A stretch of DNA of 64,000 nucleotides from Macrostomum lignano (Eukaryota): assembly GCA_002269645.1 (NCBI GenBank), contig NIVC01000598.1, forward strand, positions 718,286 through 782,285, given 5' to 3'. Each line of letters opens with the position of its first letter. Positions within the stretch are counted from its first letter, which is position 1. This document shows positions 51,196 through 64,000 of the stretch, one piece after another. Position numbers and translations under genes: made by a program. The notes beneath the pieces were generated by a model that did not search any database, was not told the DNA's origin, and saw only the letters and a list, made by a program, of their open reading frames with translations.

Positions 51196-51764
51196 TAGAT
51201 AGGTGTCGCATAACCTCACTAGAGGGGATTAGCGAGTGTCTCTGTGTTTGTTACTTTAAAAGCCCCTGTTCTTGTTAGTCCCTTAACAGCTGTGCCTAAT
51301 CTCACTCTCTGCACTTAACCGCAGTCTTATATATCCTACAAGTATATAGCAACGAGATTCTGAATAAGTTTTAGATATATGCTGATGAAGTTCATATTTC
51401 CGAGTGCAGGCAACCAGTTGGGGCGGGGGGGGTTGTTGGGAAATGATTTAGTGTCCCTGGAGCCTTTGGCTTTCAGTTTTCATAATCATAATTTGGGGGT
51501 AGCAAATACTTTTTATGTGTATGAGGCAGATCGATCAGAGAGGGTATTTTGAACTTTCATTTAAAATGCCTTCTAATTATTTTTTATGGCTGCCACTTTG
51601 GCTTTGATATGGTTATAATCTCTTTAGAGCTTAAATTTTTGAGTTTCGATTTACATTAATATTCATATTTATCTAGATATGCAATGCGAACGGAAATAGT
51701 TGATGCGGCCACGCCTGTGAGATTAATAATAGTAGATGTGCTTTTAAAAGACTTAGGGCAGCTG

Positions 51765-52487
51765 AACTCATTTTCCACATCTTAAAACAATTGTAGTTGG
51801 GACTCATTTTGCACATCTCAAAACTGATGGGACTCATTTCCACATCTCAAAACTGATGGGACTTATTTCCACATCTCAAAACTGATGGGACTCATTTCCA
51901 CATCTCAAAACTGATGGGACTCATTTCCACATCTCAAAACTGATGGGACTCATTTCCACATCTCAAAACTAATGGGACTCATTTCCACATCTCAAAACTG
52001 ATGGGACTCATTTCCACACCTCAAAACTGATGGAACTCATTTCCACATCTCAAAACTAATGGGACTCATTTCCACATCTCAAAACTGATGGGACTCATTT
52101 CCACATCTCAAAACTGATGGGACTCATTTCCACATCTCAAAACTGATGGGACTCATTTCCACATCTCAAAACTGATGGGACTCATTTCCACATCTCAAAA
52201 CTGATGGGACTCATTTCCACATCTCAAAACTGACATGACTCATTTCCACATCTCAAAACTGATGGGACTCATTTCCACATCTCAAAACTGATGGGACTCA
52301 TTTCCACATCTCAAAACTAATGGAACTCATTTCCACATCTCAAAACTGATGGGACTCATTTCCACATCTCAAAACTATTGTAGTTGGGACTCATTTTCCA
52401 CTCAAAACTTATTGACTCATTTTCCACTCAAAACTTATTGACTCATTTTCCACGTCTCAAAACTGACGGGACTCATTTTCCACGTCT
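51765..52487. repeat. 29-bp minisatellite (CATTTCCACATCTCAAAACTGATGGGACT)
   Basis: Direct tandem copies. Confidence 0.96.
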
Positions 52488-52500
52488 AGAATCTCAAGAG

Positions 52501-52814
52501 GGTTGTAGCCCAGTGGTTAGAGCGTCAGACTCACTACTTGAAGGTCTCGAAGGTTCGATTCCCGATCCTACTTGTAACAATTTGTGTCCTTGAGCAAGAC
52601 ACTTTACTCTGCATTGCTTCAGTTCACCCAGCTGTAAAATGGGTGCCAGCATTAGCTGGGGTAATTGAGGCTGTGTGTGGCGACCCCCCAGTCCTTGGAC
52701 TGAACAGCCGTACGCAGCCTTCAGATGCGCCGCGCAATAGTTGCGGCTGAGCTGTGGGTTGCTGATCTGCACATTAGGGTAGGTGTATTAAATTTATGCC
52801 ATTATTATTATTAT
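52501..52814 (+). mobile_element. tRNA-derived SINE with a CORE-like central domain and (ATT)n tail
   Basis: Box A TAGCCCAGTGG, box B GGTTCGATTCC, a TGTGTCCTTGAGCAAGACACTTTAC...CTGTAAAATGGG segment resembling the MIR CORE domain, and an ATTATTATT tail. Confidence 0.8.
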
Positions 52815-55800
52815 CAAAACGCCAAGTGATTCCCCATCTCAAAACAAGGTGGACTCCATTTTCGATTTCGATTCTTTTTCATGATCTAGCCTTATCTTTG
52901 GAGTTGTTTTTGTACAAATGAAAGCTCGTTTCGTATAATTTTTGTACTTTTAGGTGCCGATAAATTTAAAACTGGATGAGAAACATCTGCTAATGGAAAA
53001 AGCACAAACCTTGTGCGCTCAATACAGCATGGAGGGATTGTTATTGCAATCTTATCTGTGCTGTGCGGCTAAGTGAATCTTTGGACTGACTTGCCCAGAT
53101 GCATTAGCTAAAAAATGCAAGGTATAGGAGGGACACCTGTATGAGGAATTATTTACAATTCTAACAAAAAACGAGGCGTTTTTGGCACGAAAATTTCCGG
53201 CTGCTGTGTAAATTTCAGACTTTTTGTAGATTTTTATACAAATTGTCACGGCCAAAACCAGTGAAACATGGAGTAGGCTGCTGGGCGCTCACAGTGCATG
53301 CATTGTTGGACGAGTTTAGTCGAGCTAACTGTATGGCTCTCGGACAAAAAATTGCTGCCAAACTAGTCTTTTAGAGATATTTTCCTCACAACCAGATGCT
53401 GCAGATCTGCATGTGAATATTTCCCTTACGAAATCTGATACTCTTACTCCATCAGGGCCTGCATGCAGCGGTAATGTTTCTTCATCTAATTTTAGTAGCT
53501 CGGGCACGCTATGGCTCTGCATCTCTTGATTGACAGGCAGACTGTCTGTCAATGCCGACCATGTTTTAGTGGAATTATATATATCGCAATAGCTTTACCA
53601 AATTGCTTGTTTCATACACGGAAGCCTAAAACTTCGGTTTGCCGAGGTAGAGCATGCAGCACCGAGAGGTCACTGTGTGGACTCAAATTTATACTCAAAT
53701 CCTGCAGCTGATGATATGATGAAGCCTTAATTAATTTTTGTTATCAAAATGAAATACGAGTGTATTGCCGCATCGTAGATGACCCTCTGCTCTCTGCCTT
53801 ATTATTTACCTTTAGATTTGCCGAATATATTGAATATTGTAAACTAGAAGGCGAGGTTTAAGCTACTCTTAGTCCGAGAAAGCCAAGCGAGAAATTTAAT
53901 ATTTGATACTGCGATGCATGAAATGCCCAAGTGCACGCAAGAGAGAAACTGATGCCATTTACATCAATCAGTCCATCCCTAAATTGAAGGTTGAAAGATG
54001 ATTTTTAAAACGCAGAATTAACTGGGCGACGAGGCCTCAGACAGGTTCGTCCAGGTCTGCCGCGGATCATCAGGACTGTTGGCTAGCGTAAAAGCGGCTT
54101 GAAGTTGATCTCTTCCAAGTTAAAGTGATTCCTCTGGCCATGCAGCCTTCGTGCTCTTCTGTGTTCAACAGCCCTTGTAACGGCTTCTAGTTGCTATAAG
54201 ACGAGACTTCACCTGCTGATGCCAAGTAGTTTCGGGAGGCGCCGAGAGAGCTGACTTCAGCCAGCCACTTCGCACTCCCCCGTTGTCCACCGAAACTGCC
54301 CGCCCTTTCAAGTCGCCTGATGAAGCGGATTTGCAATATGCTGGAAAATCGTGGGACGAATCGCCGGTGAAACCCAGCTCGATAAACATCTTTGGCGCAA
54401 CCAGACATTCAGAGGTGATGCTGCTCCGGTATAACATGAAGTGGCTAAAGACAAGCGAGATATTTGATATTATACTCTTACTTCTTTGCCAATAATTACT
54501 GCCTGATTATCCAAGTTAGTCATGAAATACTGCCAGTAATTGAGCCTGCTCAGAGCTACCGGTAGGCAGGACTGGCTTTATTATACAAAACATCCAAAAA
54601 TGAATTATGCTCGTATTGTGCCAGTGCCGGGCCTCACTAGCAAATCGCTCAATAATCCATCATCTTGACACTAGTCGAAGACCCAGTTTACGGTGAAATT
54701 GGCATTGCAGTTAACTCTGCGAAGGTGAGTCACTTTTACTACAGCTTCAAATGGTACTGCATGCTCAACTGAAAATACGACTTGGAAATTTTTCATCCAG
54801 AATTAAAGCGCACCCCGTCACAAATTAGATTAGCAAACCATAAACTGGCCTGCGACTCAAGGACTGCGAGACCAAAGATCCCTTACGAGAACAGGACCTG
54901 CTCAAAGTTCCATGCGGGGGTAGAAAGTGAAGTTCACTTTCTGTTTTAAGTGTTGCCGATCTGAGGATAGCTCATGAATTAATAAATCTTCATTAAAACT
55001 TTCTAAAACCGCGATTAACGATATACGCCATTATAGTTAATTTTTTTGTATACAACTACGAGTAGTATCGCTGCACACTTTAAGTTTGTATATTTTTTTA
55101 AGACGGTCGAAAGTTGCTGGGATCTTGTTTTGGTCAGCGAATTAATTGAATGAGTTTTAAATAATGCGTATCGAAAATGGGTAAGGAAAAAGTAGTAAGT
55201 TGACACGTTTTAAAGATGTTGCTGAATAATGAATATGTAATTAATAAGATTATTAAGGCTGTAGAAAATTTTATCCTGAAAGCCTCTCATGACAACTACT
55301 AATCTGTTACAGGAGCGTCTCCAGTGCATCGTCTGAAGACGTTACCCTGACAAGTTTTGAAACTGCCGATGAAGAAGCGAACTTCCTGTACGTCGAAGAA
55401 TGAAGCAATTGCTTGAGGTCAGCGTGAACCCCGTGACAGAATTTCCCTGTATGAGTTCGATTTTTTGGCTTCAGAATTCAAAAAATTTTTTTAAGTAAAT
55501 TGGCTGCAAAAAGTTAGCTACAGTTAAAAATGAGACGTCACTTCTCATGCTTGATCCGAAGCTTTCCAGCTGAGTAGAGTCCCATGCGGCCACATTAATC
55601 CACGGCTCTTACAAAAAATTTGCTACTAGTCTCATTGTTGTCGAATTAGGCGTCAAAAAGCTTTGATTGACAAGCCCGGGATGTCCCTCTCTCTGATGCT
55701 TATGCGATTTATAAACTTATAAAAGTCCGACAGCAAAAATCACTGAGTGAGGATGCATGGGCTGTCCGGACTCCACTCTAATCGCCAATCAGGAAGGAAG

Positions 55801-56483
55801 CAGCTAGAGCTTTGGAACAGACCACTCTTGAACGCCAGCTAATACATGTAGCTTGTTATTCGCGAGTGTAGGACAATTACTTTTAGTGTCTGTTGTGTGT
55901 GTGTGCGTGAGCGCGCATGCACACGAAACTCTCGCCGTCTATGGCCAGTTGGCAAAAGGTTGCCAATTACGAGTACAATTACCAGCCTTCCGATCTACTA
56001 TTGGAGGACGATATTTTTAGGGAATAAATGCACACAAAAAGAGAGAAAGGGATGGAGATAGCAAGAGCACAGCTTTCGGTTGGCTGGCCATCCAACCAGC
56101 CTCGAGCGCGCCCCAACCCGCTGTGGCCAGAAATGGTCGACGATTTGTTCAACCTTAAAAGGCAATCACGCTTTTTCCCTTGTAGCGTTTGCTCTCGCAC
56201 CAGGCATTTGAATAACTAGCTCGTATTATAATTGTTTAGATCCGTAAGTTTCTTGAGGTATCTTAGGCATATTTAAGTGTCTTGAGGACTTGAGCGCCTG
56301 CTTTTGAAGAACCAGGTACATTTTAAGTCGCTTTTCAGTGATGTTATTTTTTGCTGGTATCGAAAGAATTGGCATGTAACTCCTTGTCACTTTATCGCCC
56401 TCACTTAGGTACAAGCGCGTGTCCAATACTGTGTGCGAACTTGCATCGAACTACCGCCTTGAGATGTCAAACCGAAGCCGCTG

Positions 56484-57049
56484 ATGCAGCTTGCGCTTCT
56501 CGCGCTGCTCTTCTGTTCAACTGCCATTGTTCAAGCCGAGTCTGAGATCGGTAGGTCTAAGCTCTCGTGCGTTGTGCCAATCTGACAGGCCTTAGAATCT
56601 ATTCCAGCTCTTCGATGCTAATTTGACAAAGACGTCTTAATCGCTGATTTGTAATTGCAGACGATGACGACGTTGCGGATCTGTTGAGCACGGCTCGCGA
56701 CGGCTCAATGGAGGAGGACACGTTTTTGCCGAGTTCAACCGCCAAACGGGGTACTACATTCCGTTGGGGCAAGCGGCAAAGTGGTGTATTCCGTTGGGGA
56801 AAGCGGCCCAGTGGAGTATTCCGTTGGGGCAAGCGGCCCAGTGGAGTATTCCGTTGGGCAAGCGGCCCAGTGGAGTATTCCGTTGGGGTAAGGCCCAGTG
56901 GAGTATTCCGTTGGGGCAAGCGGCCCAGTGGAGTATTCCGTTGGGGCAAGCGGCCCAGTGGTGTATTCCGTTGGGGCAAGCGGCAAAGTGGAGTATTTCG
57001 TTGGGGCAAAAGGTCGCCAATACTGGATGGTGAGGTCGAGAATGACTGA
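56484..57049 (+). CDS. Secreted neuropeptide precursor (GTTFRWamide, pQSGVFRWamide, PSGVFRWamide), 151 aa; exons 56484-56550 and 56661-57049
   Basis: Signal peptide MQLALLALLFCSTAIVQA, phase-1 intron G/GTAGGT...TTGCAG/AC, an acidic spacer, repeated KR-peptide-GKR cassettes, and an acidic C-terminal tail. Confidence 0.88.
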
Positions 57050-58440
57050 ATTAACTCAGATAACACCTTTTTGCGAAGTTAAACTGTTAGAGTCTTATTG
57101 GCCGCTCTCTGTCAATCATCAATCAAATGTGACGAAAATATACTTTTATGCAGAGGTCTGTGCAGTCCCGACGGCTGTTTTAGTCGGTGCACATTAGTAA
57201 ACGCAGCTTGCATTCGTCGGTACAAATTAATTTTCTTGATCTTTACCGATAACAGCTTTTACCTCCAAGTTTAAAAGTGTGCAGTTAAGTTTTCCAGCTT
57301 TATTTAGTCTGCAATGCACAGCACTGATTTTCGCCAAGTTTTTTATGAGATACGGGCTATAACGTACGAAAATTTAGTATTTTTGAAGCCCATTGACAAA
57401 AAAATGCTGTGGGATGAAGACCCTGTCATCTCAAAGGCTTTCTCGCCAATTATCGGATCAATTAAGTGACGATTTGAAAAATACAATTTTTGAAGAAACG
57501 TTTAGCTTTGAAGCAATATTTTGAAGCCAGCGATTAGGAGAGAGTAATAGCCGAGCGAGATGTTGTATTTTAGTTGAGCTATCATTCATTCCTTTTAATT
57601 ATAGCGATGAGGCGTAACTGCGAGCGCAGATGAAAAAAAATGCACAAAGCTGAATAGGTAACTGAAAGCCAGGCAAAATTGACGGCAATTGATCTCTGCT
57701 TTTCTGTATGCAAATTTGCCTGTATGACGCACGCAACCGTTGAATAGAGGCTGCACGCCACAATCAGCCCCGCCGATCTAAATATTGAAGTATTATTTTA
57801 ATGTGGAGTCGACTGCAGGCACTGAGACTATTCAATCCTTGAAAGCCAGCTTCTGTTGTTCTGTTTCTATGAGGCATTAGCTGCTATTTTGCTGGAGAGA
57901 ATCGCTGGCTGTTGGCATGGTAAGTCCTGGAGGCGCTTTTTTGAACAAAACATTTGAAAAGCGAGCGAATTTCAATTTTTTAAACTATCTTTTCTAGCCT
58001 GGGCATGTGGAACTGAAACTGCTGGAAAATTTTCTATAGCTGAAATATGAAATCCCAGCTGATGGAGGATACGAGAGAGATTTGCAACAATCGGTTTTGA
58101 TTTCAGCTCGCAAGCATCAAGCGGAGAGTCCCGTGGGATATTCTTAAATAATCCGATCCCCCCTCAGAAAGCTTTGAGAAGCCGCTCGCTAAATGCCGTT
58201 GCGTTGCAGGAATAGTTGAAGTGTGCAAAAATGCTCGAGTATGCGGGCTGCATGGGCTTAATTCGAGGACAGGTTGAGTGCTTTGGAACTCTCGACCGAC
58301 TGTGAGACCACTCTGAGCTCAAATCGGGACACTTGCCAATGTAAACCCTGTTTATGTGTCAGGTAATCTACTTAACTATAGTTTCCGTGCTTGTATGGTC
58401 GCTCTCGCGACATGTCGCTCTCGTTGTTGAAGTGGTGCAA

Positions 58441-59760
58441 TACGAGGTGCGTCAGAAAAGTTCCAGGACTGTGCCTACAGCACAGCTTCTGTATGCACTA
58501 TCAATTTGCGACATATTGCAGGCTGTAGCAGCATATAACAGGAGCTCTGTCTGCAATTTCAGCTGATCATCAGTTTTGTGCCAATATGTGCTATTAGTAA
58601 CGTTCAGTAAGTTTTTAACAATCGTCGTGCCAATGAGCACCAAGCAACGAACCAATCTAAAGTTTTGGTCCGATTCAATAAACCGCCCTCGGAAGCACTT
58701 GCACTGTTGCAGCAAGTGTATGGAGTTAATGCTACGAGTATCTCGCTCCCGAGTTTTTGAGTGGCACAAACGATTTAAGGAGGGCGGGAGGAGGTCGAGG
58801 ACGACACAAGGAGTGGAAGACCTTCAATGTCAGATGTCAGAAGCATTATCTACATGGAGTTTCTGCGCCAAGGTCAAACCATCAATCAGCATGTGTACAA
58901 AGGGATCCTGCAGCAACTGCTTCCGTGCGAGACAAGAGACACGATTTGTGGGAAGCAACCTCGTGGTTCCTTCATCAGGACAATGAGCCAGCTCACAATG
59001 CTCCAAGTGTCAGGGAGTATCTCGCGAATAGGAATGTCACAGTGCTAGACCAGCTTCGATATTCTTCCAATCTAGCTCCGTGCGATTTTTTCCTATTTCC
59101 CAAGCTCAAGGAGGATGGAGGCCTGGCGCAGAAGAATGGACGAGTGCGTTCGGCTCCGTCCTGCAGGACGGAGGTCTATAAGGTCAGTCCTGCAGTCCGA
59201 GGCCCTACCGGACCGCCAGAGGGCGGCGCTGTTCCAGGCGGTGATCGAGACCGTCCTGTTATACAACGCCGAGACCTGGACGCTGACAGACTCGCTCGAA
59301 GCTCAAGTCGACGCGGCGCACGCTGGCCTGCTGCGCGCCACCTTCAAGATCGGCAACGAGCGAGTCACCAACACGGAGCTCTATCATCGCGCCGGCCTGG
59401 CCCGTCCTAGCGATCTGCTGCGCCGTCGGCGACTCCAGCTGGCAGGCCACGTCATCCGCGCCGAGGCCTACTGTCCGGAGCCGGTGCAGGAGGTGCTGCT
59501 ACTTACGTTGCAGGCACCCTACCGGCGGGGACAGGCGAGGACTCGGCGCTACGTCGACTGTCTGCTGGCTGACGCCGGCGCCCCGGACTCTGCCGGCGGT
59601 GCGGCCTTTGTTCGCGCCCAAGCTTCGAAGCGCGCCATCTGACGCTGCTTTTGCGAACTGGCAGCGTACTCTGTTGTTGTCGTTGTTGTTGTTCGGCTCC
59701 GGGAGAAGTACTTTGAAAGGGGCAGATTTGATTGAGATGTTTGATTTCTGATTTGCGAAT
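58441..59760 (+). mobile_element. Mariner-family remnant, internally deleted and interrupted by a LINE fragment
   Basis: Left end TACGAGGTGCGTCAGAAAAGTTCC. Frameshifted transposase pieces QRTNLKF, SRSRVFEWHKRFKEG, RSGRPS, EFLRQGQTINQ, WFLHQDNEPAH, YSSNLAPCDFFLFPKLK and ECVRL/REKYFE. Confidence 0.85.
59159..59690 (+). mobile_element. 5'-truncated RTE-like LINE 3' end
   Basis: LFQAVIETVLLYNAETWTLT...RRRRLQLAGHVIR (post-RT C-terminus), a (GTT)n tail, and 11-bp TSD GTTCGGCTCCG (59148-59158 / 59691-59701). Confidence 0.85.
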
Positions 59761-59959
59761 GAAGACACGCAAATTTAATCGGGAATCTCCAGCGAACCAA
59801 GTTTTGAGCAAATAAAAGACCTGCTGGACGATAATTCTGGCTTATATATTTCCCAGTTCATTGGGAGATCCAAAAGTAAGCGAATTAATGTGTAATGTGA
59901 ATTAATGTGTAGTCTCACAGTCTCAGAATTGAGTGATTGCTTTCTCGTTATGATCGGGC

Positions 59960-60420
59960 CCCAAGTCTTATTGCCTTACATGGCTGTTGGTCCCAGTGAT
60001 CCTTGCGGATGATGCGTTGCCTGATTTGGAGGTGCCCAATTCGGATCAGGGGGGGGGGTTTCTATCTTGGATATATTGGACTTGCAGTTTTGATCTGACG
60101 TCTTGTAAGTGCTTTCCATCTCACGAAGCGGCTCCATAATCTTGGAGCTCCATATGTGTCGGTAAATGCGGTCAAGTACACGCTGCAGTGCTTTGATCTC
60201 CGACCTGTTGAATGGGCGGATGTTGGCGTGTGGAGTTGTAGCACACTCTCGATGCATGCCTCTGAAGAGTTTACGAGTGGTGATCAGTCTCTCGAAAACT
60301 CCCACTTCCAGACCGCAAGCTTGGGAACAGAATTTAGTGATCACTTACTATTGCGGGCTCCTCTTATTTGTCGGGCAGGTCGGTAGAGCTCGTCTCCTCA
60401 ACGTAGTATTCCTCCGGAGT
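59960..60420 (-). mobile_element. Degenerate RTE-like LINE C-terminal fragment
   Basis: Frameshifted KLFEACIESVL / EIKALQRVLDRIYRHIW...PLREM / RIGH segments. Confidence 0.55.
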
Positions 60421-61249
60421 TCCCTTTCTTGAACTCTAAAGTCGGCCGAGTATGAGAGCGTAACAATTTAATCCGTCGACGTCAATGCATTCCACGAGTC
60501 CAGAAATCAGAATCAGAGATGCGCCCTAATAACAAAATCAACTCTATAACAATAACGAGGTCCTCAAGAAAGGGCGTCTTCTTCTAGAAATAACGGAATC
60601 GGAGTCGTGTGCCCCTATCGGTTACTCTAGGGTACCAAAATCAATCAGTTAATAATTGTCTAAGAGTATCGGAATCGGTCCGCAGATACTATCCAATCCC
60701 CTCAGGAATAGGGAGGCCTCAAATTCAATAACTCAATAAAATCAACTGATCAGTATCGGCCGGCAATAACACAGCTCTCAATAATCAAATAACAAAGACT
60801 CTGACAAAGGCTTACCTGCAATTGGCATTTGTCTCTCCCGGAGATGTGGCCTCATTTGGCTGCTCTGGCAAAGCCCAAGATCTTTTGAGGTCACTCCGAG
60901 TCTGAGATTTCAGCTCAAATTTTTCGCTTGTATTTATAGACAATTTAAGTCGACCTTTGAGCCCAAACCGGTTTTTTATGAGGTCAAGAAAGGAATTTTA
61001 TCATTTGACAGGTGGGGTTTTTGAATAGAAAAGAGTGAGACTTGGGTCGCATTCGGGTTAACATTTACCATATTTGGAAATAGATGCTGAAAACCGGTTT
61101 CTCGAACTATAGAATGATCACTCACTGTTTTTGTGATATTACTGATATTACTAAAAATAGAGTATGACGCATGCTATTTAAAATTATATTCGTAATTTTA
61201 TCTTACTACTTCTAGTAGTCTACAATGTTTGGAGATCTCTACACCACGA

Positions 61250-62590
<1,341 letters not shown>

Positions 62591-63511
62591 GTGCTCCTTG
62601 AATACCAGTTCGCTAAAAATGGTATCACGGGCTACATGTACTTATAAGTACTCGTAAAAGACGGCGACACGCACAAAACGTGCAATTTTTTTTGGAGGCT
62701 GATTATTCAATTTTATGCGGCCCGGCTCCAGAAACTCGCCAAAGTTTAGTTTTTTCACAGGGATGCACATAATTTAGTCCTCATTTATGTAAGATTTTCA
62801 ATGTATTGTTTACGCGATGCAGAAATCTTTGAAATTACGAGCGTAGTTTCATGCGTCGAAAACTACTAGTTTTGTCTGGTGAATTTTGATATGCGACATT
62901 TATGGCACAAAATGTAAAAGTGACTCTTCATTTTGATATAGCACTTACTTTAAATGATGCTTCGGTACAAGCTGTTCATTGTCACTGTGGAGCGGACATT
63001 TAACCTGTTTTCTAGAGTCAAAAGACGAACTTAGACAAAAAATTTCCAAAAAATAACTTGGAGTCTATAGGTATTCAATATTGTTTTTTTGATGTCGTTT
63101 TAATATTATAGGCTTTTTTGAAAATGTATGCAAAAGTATAGACAAAAGTGGCATCGATAGCAGGTAACAGTTTCAACCATGTCCTATCGAGGCTTGGTCA
63201 GTGAAACTAGAGAGAGAAATTCAGAGTCACTTTTATATACATTGTATCAACCTATACATTGAAAACTTACAAGTCTGAAAGAGAATCACCCTCATTCGCC
63301 TTCAAAATCACACCGATCATACATAAGAATCGCTCCAATTCTCCTAGAAAGTATTGTCCCAGTACGCCCGTATTGAGAAAATTGCTTAAGACTATGGGCA
63401 AAATTGCCAGCCCTGGGCTTGTACTGGATGTACGTGTAGCTCTTGTTGGAAGAATCCTTGGAGCAACTGCCAAGGGCGCCTTAAATAGGGTGTAAAACAA
63501 CAATGTAAAAC

Positions 63512-64000
63512 AACTTCACAATCGCCAAGCTTCACAATCCAAAAACGTCACAATCCTCAAGCTTCACAATCCTCAAGCTTCACAATCCCCGAACTTCACA
63601 ATCCCCAAGCTTCACAATCCTCAAGCTTCACAATCCCCAAGCTTCACAATCTCCAAGCTTCACAATCCTCAAGCTTCACAACCCTCAAGCTTCACAATCC
63701 CCGAACTTCACAATCCCCAAGCTTCACAATCCTCAAGCTTCACAATCCTCAAGCTTCACAATCTTCAAGCTTCACAATCCCCAAGCTTCACAATCCTAAA
63801 GCTTCACAATCCTCAAGCTTCACAATCCTCAAACTTCCCAATCCCCAAGCTTCACAATCCTCAAGCTTCACAATCCTCAAGCTTCACAATCCTCAAGCTT
63901 CACAATCCTCAAGCTTCGCAATCCCCAAGCTTCATAATCCCCAAGCTTCACAATCCTCAAGCTTCACAATCCCCAAGCTTCACAATCCTCAAGCTTCACA
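63512..64000. repeat. 16-bp minisatellite (AAGCTTCACAATCCTC), runs off the window end
   Basis: Direct tandem copies. Confidence 0.96.

Noticed and set aside
51195-51500. Expected 3' LTR of the gypsy element
   Set aside because: No copy of 47488-47677 was found, so the element is called 3'-truncated.
52501-52575. Possible tRNA gene (likewise 4592 and 11917)
   Set aside because: A and B boxes are present, but I could not build a cloverleaf and the sequence continues into a SINE body.
54310-54370. Hammerhead ribozyme candidate (CTGATGA...GAAA)
   Set aside because: Stems II and III are weak and there is no stem I pairing.
52950-54500. Possible decayed transposase or exon fragments
   Set aside because: Frames are full of stops and no diagnostic motif was found.
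59720-59960. Expected right TIR of the mariner
   Set aside because: The reverse complement of the left end was not found.

Overview
Eukaryotic (invertebrate metazoan) genomic DNA with GT-AG introns and a very high load of micro- and minisatellites. The style resembles the flatworm Macrostomum, but this is inference only. It is not prokaryotic and contains no CRISPR array. Supported content: (1) Four tightly packed minus-strand genes, RPL39 > COQ10 > divergent calcineurin-B-like > VMA21. Each of the first three is followed by AATAAA, a tandem-repeat spacer and a splice acceptor, which looks like an SL-trans-spliced operon. The calcineurin-B-like gene has no in-frame ATG of its own. (2) A five-exon RRM plus extended-Tudor gene. 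(3) A two-exon secreted neuropeptide precursor encoding xSGVFRW-amides. (4) Mobile elements: an RT-less gypsy-type LTR element inside a 43-bp satellite, a degenerate PHD+FLYWCH Mutator-like element with long TIRs, a hAT-type MITE with TIR and TSD, other MITEs, tRNA-derived SINEs, a mariner remnant, and nested LINE fragments with TSDs. (5) More than 20 tandem arrays, which generate most of the long ORFs in the supplied track. I could not assign any gene in 1-23,000. Gene and family calls come from manual translation and recognition, not database searches.
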